DNA of 64,000 nucleotides from an uncultured virus (IMG/VR IMGVR_UViG_3300013108_000147). Lineage: Duplodnaviria > Heunggongvirae > Uroviricota > Caudoviricetes > Crassvirales. This document shows, in pieces, positions 19,203 to 30,003 of the stretch. The stretch is from IMG/VR virus record IMGVR_UViG_3300013108_000147. The stretch is one strand, 5' to 3'. A model generated the notes under the pieces. The model was not told where the DNA came from. It ran no database searches and worked only from the letters and a program-made list of their open reading frames with translations. The translations under genes were made by a program, and so were the position numbers. The stretch's first letter is position 1. Each line of letters starts with the position of its first letter.

Positions 19203-20393
19203 ATGGGAATACTAAGCAACGGTAACAATAACCTAACTAGAGCTCAGTCAATTATTTCAAGCATTGGTAAAGGAGAAGTAAAACCTGAATTACCTGCTGT
19301 AGACGGAGAAGCTCCTGTAGCAGAAGAAACACCTGTAGCAGAAGAAACACCTGTAGTAGAAGAGACACCTACAGTTGTTGAAACACCTGCAGAACAAATT
19401 ACTGAAGAAACACCTGTAGTAGAAGAAACACCTACAGTTGAAAATACACCGCAAGTGGAAACACCTGTGGCAATAGAACCTGAAACGCCACCGGCACTTT
19501 CAGATATTCCGGACGAAGTTATCTTGTCTAAACTGAGCGAGACGCTTGGAAGAAAGATTGAGAATTACGACGACCTGAAACCTAAAGAAATTGCAGTTGA
19601 CCACGAGTTGCAGCAATTATTAGAGTGGAAAGAGAAAACAGGTTTAAGTCTAACCCAATGGGCTGACTACAACAAAGATTACTCTTCTATGAGTGATGTA
19701 GATGTAGCTAAAGAGACTTTAGCAAACAAATACCCTACATTCAACGCAGAAGAAATCGAGTTTGAATTAAGCAACCTCGTTCCTGACGAATACGATGACG
19801 ACAGGGATAAAATGAGAAAGCAGATTGAACTAAAGAAGTTAGTAGCAGAGGGAAGACAAATGTTAGAGTCGAAGAAGTTTGAATTAAAGCCTAACACGGG
19901 TCTAACAGAGGAGCAACAGAAAGCTATCGAGTTTGCTAAACAAGCTGAACAAAGTCAGGCGCAGGCATTGGAAAGCCAAAAAGCTTACGCAAATAACTTG
20001 AACCTTGCTGCTCAAAACTTGGACACTATTTCGCTTAATTTAGCAGAAGGTGTTCAGATTAACCATAAGGTAGAAGATAACGTTAAGAATAGTCTTAGCG
20101 ACTATGTGTTAAAAATGCCTCATTGGTATAATCAGGACGGTAGCCCAAATCACGAGAACATCGCGAAGGACGGCTACAAAATTAAGAACTTTGACTCATT
20201 GTTGAAAACAGCTTATGAACAAGGGAGAGCAGCGCAGCTTGAAGAAAGTATCACAGGCAAACCTAAAGCATCTATGGATGTATCAGGTAAACCTCAAGAA
20301 GGTCAAGGCCAAACAAAGAAAGGGAACATAAACGAAGTTGTCAATAAATTATCAGGAGGCAATAAGAAGAGGTTTCGTTTCAGAAGTAAATAA
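19203..20393 (+). CDS. Putative capsid scaffolding protein
   Basis: Acidic, EETPV repeats, located between portal and capsid; TATCTTTG promoter at 19164-19171. Confidence 0.6.
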   Translation: MGILSNGNNNLTRAQSIISSIGKGEVKPELPAVDGEAPVAEETPVAEETPVVEETPTVVETPAEQITEETPVVEETPTVENTPQVETPVAIEPETPPALSDIPDEVILSKLSETLGRKIENYDDLKPKEIAVDHELQQLLEWKEKTGLSLTQWADYNKDYSSMSDVDVAKETLANKYPTFNAEEIEFELSNLVPDEYDDDRDKMRKQIELKKLVAEGRQMLESKKFELKPNTGLTEEQQKAIEFAKQAEQSQAQALESQKAYANNLNLAAQNLDTISLNLAEGVQINHKVEDNVKNSLSDYVLKMPHWYNQDGSPNHENIAKDGYKIKNFDSLLKTAYEQGRAAQLEESITGKPKASMDVSGKPQEGQGQTKKGNINEVVNKLSGGNKKRFRFRSK

Positions 20394-20427
20394 TAAAGTA
20401 ATTTTTAATTTTTAATTTTTTTAAACA

Positions 20428-21768
20428 ATGGCATTAAATGCAAATCCAGCTCCATCGTTTACTCCAAGCTCTATCAAGAAGCCTACGAGCGAGAACTATA
20501 TCGACATCTTCGATTACACTACTCAGTACGAACCGGACGCTTACGAAAAGTTAATATCTATCTATGGAGACCAATCTCTTATGGGTATGTTATTTGAATT
20601 AGGTAGCGAAGAAGCTATCTCATCTGACCAATACATTTGGACTGAAAAAGGACGTTTACACACTTCTTACAGTGACGTAGCTCGTGCAGCTAACGTATTT
20701 ACTAAAGCAGGACATGTTTACCGTGTAGGTGAAGTTGTTGCTTGTAGTGGTAACGGAAATTTCCAATTAGGTCGTATTACAGCAGTAGACGCTAACACTT
20801 TCACAGCAGTACCTTATAAGGCTGCAGGTTGGTTAGTTGGTACAGCTGATATCACAACTTTCATCTCTCACTCTGAGTTCAAGAAGAACACAGGAGGTAT
20901 GGAAGGTTCTTTAGAAACTGATTTTACTGTTCTTAACAACAAGACTATCATTTTCAAAGACAACTACATCGCTTCAGGTTCTGACGTAACTCAAGATTCT
21001 TGGGTACAGACTGACAACGGAGGTTTTGTATGGTACTTACAGTCTGAATTAGACGGACGTAGAAGATTCGAAGACAGAGTTGAAATGGGTCTTATCTTAG
21101 GACAAGACGCTGAAGCAGGTTCTGACGCTGCAACTGCAGGTTACGAAGGTTCTGAAGGTTTATTTGAGTCAGTAAAGAGTAGAGGTAACATCTTTGATGG
21201 TTTAGCTACTGCTTTAACTGATTTTGATTCTATCCTTAAGCGTTTCGACCAACAAGGAAAAATCCGTGAGTATATGTTCTACGTAGACAGAGACCAATCT
21301 TTAGCTATCGATGACTTATTAGGTTCATTGAACGCAGGTTACTCTACTGGAATTTCTTTCGGTATGTTTGATAACTCTGAAGAAATGGCTGTAAACTTAG
21401 GTTTCACAGGTTTCAAAAGAGGAACTTACAACTTCTACAAGTCTGATTGGAAATTGTTGAACGACCCTACTTTATTAGGTGGTGTTCCTGCAGCAGACGG
21501 TAAAGTAAGAGGTTTATTAGTACCTTACGGAGATAAGGAAGTTTATGACGGAACTAGCACTATGGCTGACCGAATCACTAAGCCTTACTTATCTATCAAG
21601 TACAGAGTTAAAGGTCAAGAGAACAGACGTCACAAAACTTGGATTACAGGTTCTGTTGGAACGTCAACTCCAACTGATGACAATGACCACATGAGAGTAA
21701 ATCACCTTGCAGATAGAGGTGTATGTGTGGTAGGAGCTAACAACTTCATGATTTTTGAAGGAGCATAA
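20428..21768 (+). CDS. Major capsid protein
   Basis: 446 aa after the scaffold; strongly biased codons; followed by a strong terminator. Confidence 0.75.
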   Translation: MALNANPAPSFTPSSIKKPTSENYIDIFDYTTQYEPDAYEKLISIYGDQSLMGMLFELGSEEAISSDQYIWTEKGRLHTSYSDVARAANVFTKAGHVYRVGEVVACSGNGNFQLGRITAVDANTFTAVPYKAAGWLVGTADITTFISHSEFKKNTGGMEGSLETDFTVLNNKTIIFKDNYIASGSDVTQDSWVQTDNGGFVWYLQSELDGRRRFEDRVEMGLILGQDAEAGSDAATAGYEGSEGLFESVKSRGNIFDGLATALTDFDSILKRFDQQGKIREYMFYVDRDQSLAIDDLLGSLNAGYSTGISFGMFDNSEEMAVNLGFTGFKRGTYNFYKSDWKLLNDPTLLGGVPAADGKVRGLLVPYGDKEVYDGTSTMADRITKPYLSIKYRVKGQENRRHKTWITGSVGTSTPTDDNDHMRVNHLADRGVCVVGANNFMIFEGA

Positions 21769-21784
21769 TTAGCTTATCATATAT

Positions 21785-21814
21785 AAGGGGGTGGGAAACC
21801 ACCCCTTTTATTTT
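21785..21814 (+). terminator. Intrinsic terminator after the capsid gene
   Basis: GGGGTGG-gaaa-CCACCCC followed by TTTTATTTT. Confidence 0.85.
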
Positions 21815-21870
21815 AACACTAAGTAATATATTAACAAAGCGTACAATACGCAAACTAAATTTAATCTAAA

Positions 21871-22653
21871 ATGGCTACAAAAGCAAAAGCTAAAGCAAGT
21901 AGAGAACTAGTACCTGTTAGCTACAGGCAATTAAAAAACTCGTCTTTAACTTTCGAATTAAAGACAGGCAGAGACAACAACTTAGTTGTATTTCACGAAG
22001 AAACTGAAATAACGAGAGCAATAAAACATTGCCCCAATCAAAAATCTATCTTCGTAGACGAACAATCGGACATGGCAGTAGTTAAACCTATTGTATTTGT
22101 TAACGGAGTGTTCCACACAGAACCAAAAGACGTAATCACACAAGATTTCCTTAGCATACACCCAGGATTAGGTGTAACCTTTGAAGTTATAGACGACGAA
22201 GCAGATACTCAAGATATGTTAGAGTATGAAGATATCATCTTAGATATTAAGAGCGCTATCCGAAATAAGTCTAAAGAAGAGGGAGGAATCGAAGAAATTA
22301 GAGTCGTAGTAGGAGCACTTATCTCAGACGTAGGGCAGGCAGCTAATATGTCTCCTTCAGAGCTAAGATATGCAGCTTACGAACAAGCAGAAACAAACCC
22401 TAACCGTTTCTTAAACGACGAAGGAGAAATTGCAATCTTTGATGACGCATCTATCACTAGACAAGCTATATCACAACAAGGCTTCTTATCAGGAGTTATA
22501 TCATTATCACCTGACGCTAAGTCTGTAATATGGTCAGATAACAAAGCAGTAATATGTAGCATACCTGCAGGTAAAAGCTACTCTAAATACTTTGCTGAGT
22601 ATCTAGGCACAGAAGACGGAATAGCTGTAATGAAAGAGTTAAGTAAAAGGTAA
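21871..22653 (+). CDS. Hypothetical (probable virion) protein
   Basis: 260 aa in the morphogenesis block. Confidence 0.55.
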   Translation: MATKAKAKASRELVPVSYRQLKNSSLTFELKTGRDNNLVVFHEETEITRAIKHCPNQKSIFVDEQSDMAVVKPIVFVNGVFHTEPKDVITQDFLSIHPGLGVTFEVIDDEADTQDMLEYEDIILDIKSAIRNKSKEEGGIEEIRVVVGALISDVGQAANMSPSELRYAAYEQAETNPNRFLNDEGEIAIFDDASITRQAISQQGFLSGVISLSPDAKSVIWSDNKAVICSIPAGKSYSKYFAEYLGTEDGIAVMKELSKR

Positions 22654-22673
22654 TCAATCCTACAGATATTTAT

Positions 22674-22706
22674 AAAGGGGCTATAGAAATGTAGCTCCTT
22701 TTTTTT
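22674..22706 (+). terminator. Intrinsic terminator followed by a TATATTTG promoter (22710-22717)
   Basis: AAAGGGGCTAT-agaaa-TGTAGCTCCTTT plus poly-T. Confidence 0.7.
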
Positions 22707-22736
22707 ATGTATATTTGTATATATAAAACTTTAATA

Positions 22737-23432
22737 ATGATAGACAACGTATTCCAAACAGTTAAGACAATAGTTAACAAAGAACTCGCAGGCAACCTTA
22801 CTCCTACAGAGCTTAACAAGTTAGCTAAACTTGCTCAAGATGAGATATTTTCTTCTTACTTTGAAGATATAAACCTACTTAAGAACAAGCAGAACAGAGG
22901 ATTAACAAATCTTAATAATGCTAACTTGCCACAGAAGGTTAGACAGAAGATAGATATATTCAGCACTACAGCGATTATAACAGAAGGCTCAGGACTATAC
23001 ACTCTACCTGCAGATTTATATTTCATAGAGGATAGAGGTATAATATATGGGAACGAAACTGTTGTTGATGAAGCTCAGAAGTCAGAGTTACCATTCTTAA
23101 ACTCCTCTATTGCAGCACCTTCAACAACCTTTCCCGTATATGAAAGATTAGGTAACGATATAAAAATATACCCTAACACAATAACAGACCCTATAACTGT
23201 TAGGTATATAAGAAGACCTTTAACACCTAAGTGGACTTACACAGAGGTTTTCTCTAAAGAGCTTTTTAACCCTTCAGCAGTGGATTACCAAGACTTTGAA
23301 ATACACCCATCAGAGTTTGATAACCTAGTGCTAAAGATTTTATCTTACGCAGGTATAAACCTAAGAGAGGGAGAGGTAGCTTTATACGCAGAAAACAAAA
23401 TGAATCAAGAGAATATTAAACAAGGGAAATAA
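22737..23432 (+). CDS. Putative tail ring/adaptor protein
   Basis: ATG at 22737 (MIDNVF) downstream of the promoter; 'LPADLY', 'VRYIRRP'. Confidence 0.55.
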   Translation: MIDNVFQTVKTIVNKELAGNLTPTELNKLAKLAQDEIFSSYFEDINLLKNKQNRGLTNLNNANLPQKVRQKIDIFSTTAIITEGSGLYTLPADLYFIEDRGIIYGNETVVDEAQKSELPFLNSSIAAPSTTFPVYERLGNDIKIYPNTITDPITVRYIRRPLTPKWTYTEVFSKELFNPSAVDYQDFEIHPSEFDNLVLKILSYAGINLREGEVALYAENKMNQENIKQGK

Positions 23433-24295
23433 TGCCAATAAGAAATTTTACAAATTTAGATAATTACTATAATGATAATGACCAATGGGGCAATCACCAA
23501 TATGTAACTATAAAAGATGTGGTTAACAACTTCATGTTTGAACAAGAAGATGATAGTTACGTAGGTAGTGTTAATAGGAACAGAGTTGTTTATCACGCTA
23601 AGAGAGCTGTTCAAGAATTATACTTTGATGTTTTAAACGAAGTTATAGCTATTGAGTTTGACCTTACACCTACTCTAATTATACCTATCCCGCATGACTA
23701 CGTTAACTATGTTAGAATATCGTGGGTAGACAGTAACGGAAAATTACACCCTTTAGCAGTAGATAACAGTAGTAACTTAGCTCAAGCTTATTTACAAGAT
23801 GATTCATACGAATACCTGTACGACCAAGACGGAGCAATCTTACAAGGTAATCACATACAAGATTTAGGCGGGGACACACTAGGAGACCAAAGTTACCTAG
23901 CTGCGTCAGGAGTATCTTCTCCTATGCCTAACTTTAACACGGACGCATCTAAGGTATTTAAGAATGGTTCTTACAAAATAGATAAGGACAGAGGTGTAAT
24001 ACAATTCTCATCTACAGTTACAGGAAGAACTATTGTTTTAGAGTATATATCAGACGGGCTGTTCCAAAGAGAGGATTCTGATATAAGAATACACAAGTTT
24101 GCAGAAGAAGCAGCTTACAACTTCATATACCACAAGCTAATCTCAAAGAAAAGGAATGTACCTTACAATGAGAAGATGAGAGCTAGACAAGAGTACTACA
24201 ACTCGAGAAGAGTGGCTAAAAGAAGAATAACTCCTATAAGATTTGAGGAAATAAGACAAGTTATGAAGTCTCAAAACAAAATGATTAAGAACTAG
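23432..24295 (+). CDS. Putative tail tubular/ring protein
   Basis: 'IPHDYVNYVRISW', 'VLEYISDG'; translationally coupled to the previous gene. Confidence 0.55.
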   Translation: MPIRNFTNLDNYYNDNDQWGNHQYVTIKDVVNNFMFEQEDDSYVGSVNRNRVVYHAKRAVQELYFDVLNEVIAIEFDLTPTLIIPIPHDYVNYVRISWVDSNGKLHPLAVDNSSNLAQAYLQDDSYEYLYDQDGAILQGNHIQDLGGDTLGDQSYLAASGVSSPMPNFNTDASKVFKNGSYKIDKDRGVIQFSSTVTGRTIVLEYISDGLFQREDSDIRIHKFAEEAAYNFIYHKLISKKRNVPYNEKMRARQEYYNSRRVAKRRITPIRFEEIRQVMKSQNKMIKN

Positions 24296-24296
24296 T

Positions 24297-27200
24297 ATGA
24301 AACAAGAACAAGGTAAAAATACATTCATAGGAAGTAGAATGGATAAAGATACCGACTCTCGTTTACTAGAGCCAGGTGTTTATAGAGATGCCCTTAATGT
24401 AAGGGTAGGTAATTCTAGCGGTTCTGATGTAGGGGCCTTAGAAAACTCTCTATCTAATAAAAAACTGACTAACAAAAGTTTTGGAGCTAATGCTACGTGC
24501 ATAGGAATGTATTCAGATAAAAACGAACAAAAGGTATATTGGTTCGTTGTCTCAGATGATGGTAGCTACGTAATGGAATATGATTTCCCTAACGGAGTTA
24601 CGTCTGTTGTATTAGAAGATACCTCAGCAGGTGTCCTTAACTTTAACAAAGAGTACTTAATAACAGGAGTTAACATTATAATAGATACAGACAAGAAAAG
24701 GAGACTTTTATATTGGACTGATAATCTAAACCCTCCTAGAAGTATTAACATAGATAGAGCTAAGACTTACGGAGCTAACAACTTTACAGAAGAGCAGATA
24801 AGTGTAATCAAAGCTCCCCCTTTACAAAAGCCTTCTATAGCATTAGGACAAACTAACACAGGCTTAGAGAATAACATAGAGGAAAAATTCTTAAGGTTTG
24901 CTTATAGATATAGATACCTAGACGGTGAGTATAGCGCACTCTCTTCTTTCTCTGAAACAGCTTTCTTAGCTAAGCCCTTCAACTTTGACTACGCAGTAAG
25001 TTCTAACGAAGGTATGGTAAACAACTTTAGTAAAGTTAGTATCGCCTTTAATACAGGCTCTAAACTAGTTACTGAAATAGATGTAGTATTTAAAGAATCA
25101 GGAACTAATACAGTCTATTTAGTAGACAGTTACAAAAAAGAATCTAAGAATTGGGGAGACAATGAGAATCAATTTGTAGAGTTCTTCAACAATAAAATAA
25201 AGAAAGCTTTAGACCAAGACCAATTATTTAGGTTATATGACGCAGTGCCCCTCAAAGCAAAGGCACAAGAGTTAATAGGTAATAGGTTAGTATACGGATT
25301 CTACACAGAGAATTATAACATAGAGGACGCTAACGGTTCTGCAATAGATGTAGATTTCTCTCTAGAGGGTATTAACACAGCTATAAATATAGGCACACCT
25401 ACAGAGTCACTTAAAAGTAACAGGGATTACGAGATAGGTATAGTTTATCTAGATAAGTACGGAAGACAAACATCTGTACTTACATCGGAGAATAATACTA
25501 TAAACTTCCCTAACATAGACTCTTTAACTCAAAATCAAATTAAAGCTGTAGTAAATAGCCCTGCACCAAACTTTGCAGAAAAGTTTAGATTCTACATTAA
25601 ACAAACAAGAGAGGATTACGATATAATCGTACCCACTATTTTTTATTTGGACGGGCCTTACGTATGGGTTAAATTGGAAGGTAGCGAAGACAATAAGATA
25701 GAGGAAGGAGATTACTTATATGTAAAAGCTGACACACAAGAGGTATTACCTCAGTTGGTGCAAACCAAAGTGTTAGAGATTAAGAATCAACCCAAAGATT
25801 TCTTAGAAGACAGTAACAAGCAGTTATCAGGTAATTACATGAGATTAAAACCTAATAACTATAGGCTAGACCCTGACGACTACGAATTTTACGATTGGGA
25901 CAGTTACGACAGTTCTAAAAACGCTAATGATAACCCTATAAGAGGTAACCAATCTTATGTAGAACCTGCAGTTTATTATGGTACGTCACTATCAGATGAC
26001 TTAACATCTAGCGGAACTTACACAGGCTTAGTTGACGAGAGATACGAAATAGAGATAATAGTTACAGGAGCGACAGATGAGTTTAGATGGACTAAAGATG
26101 AAGGTCAGAATTGGTCAGCTAACACACCTATTACAGGTGCTGCTCAAGCAATAGAGAACGGAGTTGAAATAACATTCGCATCTGTAACAGGGCACAGCTT
26201 AGACGACTCTTGGGTAGTAGGAGCTAAGTCAAGTTCAGACGACAGTTTTGGAGGTTCGGAGAGTTCTAAAGCTTACGGATTTTTTAAAGGGCCTGATACA
26301 AATAACGGCGTTATATATGGAGGCGCTAGGATAGAGTGGGAATACTCTGAGTACGGAGAAGAAACTCAAAAGATAACTAGGAACTTCGTATCAACTAGAA
26401 AGTACGAAAACATAGAAGAGTGGTATTACGGAGATAATATTTACGACGAGATATCTGAAATAGGAGAGAGTAGAATATGGTTTAGAAGAGGGCTCGTAGA
26501 GTTCAATTACCCCGGCAACCAATACAATAACTCTAAGCACATCACAGTAGACCCTGCAGAGGATATGGTTATGATTGTGAAAAGTAAAGGTACTCAGAAC
26601 AGCGACCTTGACGGAGTTGTAAAACTAAGAACAAGCTTAGAAATATTCCAAGCAGAGCAAAATGTAATCTTTGAAACTATACCGTTTTCAAATGATGCAG
26701 CGCCATTCTTTGAGATAGGACAAACTTACGACATAGTTAATGGGTTCCACACTAGCAGTAACGCTTCAGATGTAGACCAAGCTTTAGGTGTAGCAGGAGA
26801 GTTTGTACTAGATGTGTTTAACTGCATAGCTTGGGGGAACGCTTTTGAAAGCTACAAGATAAAAGATTTGTTTAACGCTAAGACTATGAAGATAGACACT
26901 AGACCTTCTGATAGTATCGAAGATTACTCAGAGAACATAAGGATAGCGTCTTTAACTTATAGCAAGGTTTATGAGCAAACTCTTAATTATAATGGTACTA
27001 ATGAGTTTAACTTATCTACTATAAACTTTGTAGATATAGACGACAAGTATAACTCTATACAGAAACTATTCTCTAGAGACACAGATTTAATCGTTTTTCA
27101 AGAAGATAAGCTACACAAAATGCCTTTTGAGAAAGACGTATTATTTACTGCCGCAGGAGAAGGAGCTGTAACAGAAAGTAATAAAGTATTTGGTAAAGAG

Positions 27201-28397
27201 ATTCCTTACGCAGGAGAGTTTGGTATATCTCTTAACCCTGAGAGTTTTGCTTTCTACGGCAATAATATATATTTCACTGACCAAAGAAGGGGGTCTGTAA
27301 TGAGACTTAATCTTAATGGTTTAGTAGCCATCTCTAATAACGGAATGAAAGATTTCTTCAGAGATGATTTTAGAAGTAAGAACACTAAAAAATTAGGAGG
27401 GTTAGATTTATATAACAAACAATACGTACTGTATTCAGACGATACAGAGATACCTATTGGTTCAGGAGGAAATGGTGTAGACCCTAATGAGGGGACTACT
27501 CCTACCCCAGGGTACATACCTTTTAATTGTGGCAGTACTGTAGAGGTTACAGGAGTAACTAATTCTACGCCTCTCAAAGTAAAAGCACTACAAGTAAATG
27601 GTCTAGGAGATATATTCGTAAATTACAATCTTGAGACAGTTTCAGATATAGTAATAGACAATAATGGAGATATAATAAACTTCCCTTCTCAGGGGCCAGG
27701 ACTAGGTTCGGTATCTTTTACACAAACTTACGACGACGTAGATTTCATATTAATAGACGTCACTCCTATAGCAACTCCGGGAGAGTTTGAAGTCAAAATT
27801 GGTTCGCCTTGTTTAGTTCCTGACACACCTGCACCTGACCCTGTAGTAGCAACCAAAGATGACTACACAGTGTACAAAGGTACAGTGGACAACGTGCTTA
27901 ATGTATTATATAATGATATATACACACTACCTGTAACTATTACTATAACATCAGCGCCTACAGAAGGTACTGCTGTTGTAAGTGGTAACAATATATTGTA
28001 CACCCACACTAATGTAGTGGACGGAGATTCAGATAGCCTTACTTATCAAATAGATGACGGACTTACTACAGACACTGCAATAGTTACTATAACAGCTCTT
28101 ACAGACCCCGGAGGAGGTGGCAATCCTTCAGAAGGTACTGCATTCCAAATGTCAACGTCAACTGCACTTAACCCTGCAGAGCCTGACAACGGACAAGTAG
28201 CTTGCTCAATAACGTCTTTAAACACTTATTACCATGACGGAGCTTTCTTTAGCCCTGGCATAGGAGATAAGGTTTACATAGACTTGTACATGTCTCAACC
28301 TGTAGTAGGGGGCAATGAGTACAGAGCTATAGAGTTTGGTAGAACAATAAGAATAGATAATACAGGAACAGTAACAGATGTGTTTATCTGTGAATAA
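24297..28397 (+). CDS. Tail stabilisation/nozzle protein (P22 gp10-like) with C-terminal Ig-like modules
   Basis: 'MDKD.D.RL...YRDALNVR', 'LYWTDNLNPPR', 'GEFGISLNPESFA'; Ig/cadherin-like 'ATKDDYTV...NVLYND'. Confidence 0.65.
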   Translation: MKQEQGKNTFIGSRMDKDTDSRLLEPGVYRDALNVRVGNSSGSDVGALENSLSNKKLTNKSFGANATCIGMYSDKNEQKVYWFVVSDDGSYVMEYDFPNGVTSVVLEDTSAGVLNFNKEYLITGVNIIIDTDKKRRLLYWTDNLNPPRSINIDRAKTYGANNFTEEQISVIKAPPLQKPSIALGQTNTGLENNIEEKFLRFAYRYRYLDGEYSALSSFSETAFLAKPFNFDYAVSSNEGMVNNFSKVSIAFNTGSKLVTEIDVVFKESGTNTVYLVDSYKKESKNWGDNENQFVEFFNNKIKKALDQDQLFRLYDAVPLKAKAQELIGNRLVYGFYTENYNIEDANGSAIDVDFSLEGINTAINIGTPTESLKSNRDYEIGIVYLDKYGRQTSVLTSENNTINFPNIDSLTQNQIKAVVNSPAPNFAEKFRFYIKQTREDYDIIVPTIFYLDGPYVWVKLEGSEDNKIEEGDYLYVKADTQEVLPQLVQTKVLEIKNQPKDFLEDSNKQLSGNYMRLKPNNYRLDPDDYEFYDWDSYDSSKNANDNPIRGNQSYVEPAVYYGTSLSDDLTSSGTYTGLVDERYEIEIIVTGATDEFRWTKDEGQNWSANTPITGAAQAIENGVEITFASVTGHSLDDSWVVGAKSSSDDSFGGSESSKAYGFFKGPDTNNGVIYGGARIEWEYSEYGEETQKITRNFVSTRKYENIEEWYYGDNIYDEISEIGESRIWFRRGLVEFNYPGNQYNNSKHITVDPAEDMVMIVKSKGTQNSDLDGVVKLRTSLEIFQAEQNVIFETIPFSNDAAPFFEIGQTYDIVNGFHTSSNASDVDQALGVAGEFVLDVFNCIAWGNAFESYKIKDLFNAKTMKIDTRPSDSIEDYSENIRIASLTYSKVYEQTLNYNGTNEFNLSTINFVDIDDKYNSIQKLFSRDTDLIVFQEDKLHKMPFEKDVLFTAAGEGAVTESNKVFGKEIPYAGEFGISLNPESFAFYGNNIYFTDQRRGSVMRLNLNGLVAISNNGMKDFFRDDFRSKNTKKLGGLDLYNKQYVLYSDDTEIPIGSGGNGVDPNEGTTPTPGYIPFNCGSTVEVTGVTNSTPLKVKALQVNGLGDIFVNYNLETVSDIVIDNNGDIINFPSQGPGLGSVSFTQTYDDVDFILIDVTPIATPGEFEVKIGSPCLVPDTPAPDPVVATKDDYTVYKGTVDNVLNVLYNDIYTLPVTITITSAPTEGTAVVSGNNILYTHTNVVDGDSDSLTYQIDDGLTTDTAIVTITALTDPGGGGNPSEGTAFQMSTSTALNPAEPDNGQVACSITSLNTYYHDGAFFSPGIGDKVYIDLYMSQPVVGGNEYRAIEFGRTIRIDNTGTVTDVFICE

Positions 28398-28410
28398 AAA
28401 AAGATAACTA

Positions 28411-29151
28411 ATGGCTTACACGATAACATTTGATGAGGGAGCTAAAGGATTTACGTCCTTTTTCTCCTATGTACCTGAGTTTATGATAGGTATGAATAAC
28501 GATTTTTTCACCGTAAAGGATGGACAATTGTATATGCACAACGACGAAGAGAATCCTACAAGGAACAATTTCTATGGGGCTCAGCACAATACTAAAATTA
28601 CATATGTAGAGAACAGTTTTCCTTCTCAAGTTAAATTTGTTAAGTCTATGAAATTAGAGGCTAACAGACCTTTACAGACTGACATAAAAGCTTTTGTTTC
28701 AGACGAGAATTCTTCAGCTATGGACTCAACCATATCAAGTGATGAATATGTAGAGAAAGAAGGTATGTTCTACTCTTACGTAAGAAGAAACGAGAATGGA
28801 GGAAACTACAGTGATAAGAACGTGTACGGAATAGGGGAAGTGTTCGACGTATCAGGCTCAACTGTAACTTTCGCCACTCCTATACCATTAGGCTCTATAG
28901 CAGCAGGAGATAATATACTAGACGTTAATGGCTCTGTCTTAGCTCAAATAGTATCGTACTCAGGCTCAAGTATGGAAACAACCCCTAACTTAGCAAGCCT
29001 CCCCGGCGACTTTTTAATAGGTCAAAAGAGCGCTAGAATAGAGGCAGGTAACTTGAGAGGATATAACTTCGAAGTTACTTTAGAAGATAGCAATACAAGT
29101 AGGTTAGAACTGTTTGGGAGTAAACTTAACACATCTAAGTCAAACCCTTAA
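28411..29151 (+). CDS. Tail structural protein
   Basis: 'TSFFSYVPEFM...GQLYMHN...NNFYG', 'GNLRGY'. Confidence 0.5.
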   Translation: MAYTITFDEGAKGFTSFFSYVPEFMIGMNNDFFTVKDGQLYMHNDEENPTRNNFYGAQHNTKITYVENSFPSQVKFVKSMKLEANRPLQTDIKAFVSDENSSAMDSTISSDEYVEKEGMFYSYVRRNENGGNYSDKNVYGIGEVFDVSGSTVTFATPIPLGSIAAGDNILDVNGSVLAQIVSYSGSSMETTPNLASLPGDFLIGQKSARIEAGNLRGYNFEVTLEDSNTSRLELFGSKLNTSKSNP

Positions 29152-29195
29152 TGACATTTGGTTTATAAGATATTTTTTCGTATATTTACGTATAT

Positions 29196-29555
29196 ATGAA
29201 AAAGTTCAACAAAAGATTATCGGCGCATGTAGTACTAAGTATTATTTGCGCCATTTGTTCTAATGGGTACGCCCAATATCAAAACGATTGGGACGCTACA
29301 GAGATATTATACGAGATGAATAAATCTTGGTCTGTAGGTAACGGATGCTTAGAAGGTCACCACAAGGTAATTGATGTGTATAACGGATTAGAGTTAAACG
29401 GTAATACCCTAGAGGTTATGGATTCTACTATCCAAATCATAGGAGGTAAGGTTACTAACTTTGGTGTAGATGTAGACATACTCAATCACCCATTAATTAT
29501 ATACAGATGTGAGAACTCTGTTATATTAGAATTTCCAATAACTTTATCCGATTAA
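29196..29555 (+). CDS. Hypothetical protein with signal-peptide-like N-terminus
   Basis: MKK plus hydrophobic stretch; own promoter TTTG(29157)-20 nt-TATATTTA(29181). Confidence 0.5.
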   Translation: MKKFNKRLSAHVVLSIICAICSNGYAQYQNDWDATEILYEMNKSWSVGNGCLEGHHKVIDVYNGLELNGNTLEVMDSTIQIIGGKVTNFGVDVDILNHPLIIYRCENSVILEFPITLSD

Positions 29556-29565
29556 ATATAATAAC

Positions 29566-29961
29566 ATGATAGAATTTAATAAAACTAAAAAAGAAGACTT
29601 CTACACAGTGTACAAAAAAATGTGTAAAGCTCACCAATTTCCTGCTATGCACATAGATAACATCGAAGATGTTTTCATTTGTAAAAGAGAAGGGCTATTA
29701 ATGTATAGCTGTTTTAAATGGAACACAGGCTCAGGTATGTGTATGATAGGGTTCCCTGTTAGTAACTTATATGTGCCAAAAGAGCTTAGGGAAGGTTTAT
29801 TACCAAAGTTCTTAAATTACATCTCAGATGTTTGTAAATCAGAGGGCTATAATATAATATGGACAACCTCAGCAACACAGAGGGTTGAGAGAGCTTTATC
29901 TCAAAGTGACTTCCAAAAAGGAGACCAAAACGTAAATACTTACATAAAAGTTTTGTCTTAA
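29566..29961 (+). CDS. Possible GNAT-fold protein
   Basis: 131 aa; 'REGLLPKFL...GYNIIW...SDFQKG'; position before the ejection genes. Confidence 0.35.
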   Translation: MIEFNKTKKEDFYTVYKKMCKAHQFPAMHIDNIEDVFICKREGLLMYSCFKWNTGSGMCMIGFPVSNLYVPKELREGLLPKFLNYISDVCKSEGYNIIWTTSATQRVERALSQSDFQKGDQNVNTYIKVLS

Positions 29962-30003
29962 TATTTTTCTTATTTTTGTATATAACTTAAAAAACATTCA
30001 TAA

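Noticed and set aside
19310..19470. EETPV repeats in the scaffold gene as a mobile or regulatory repeat
   Set aside because: They are an ordinary low-complexity coding linker.
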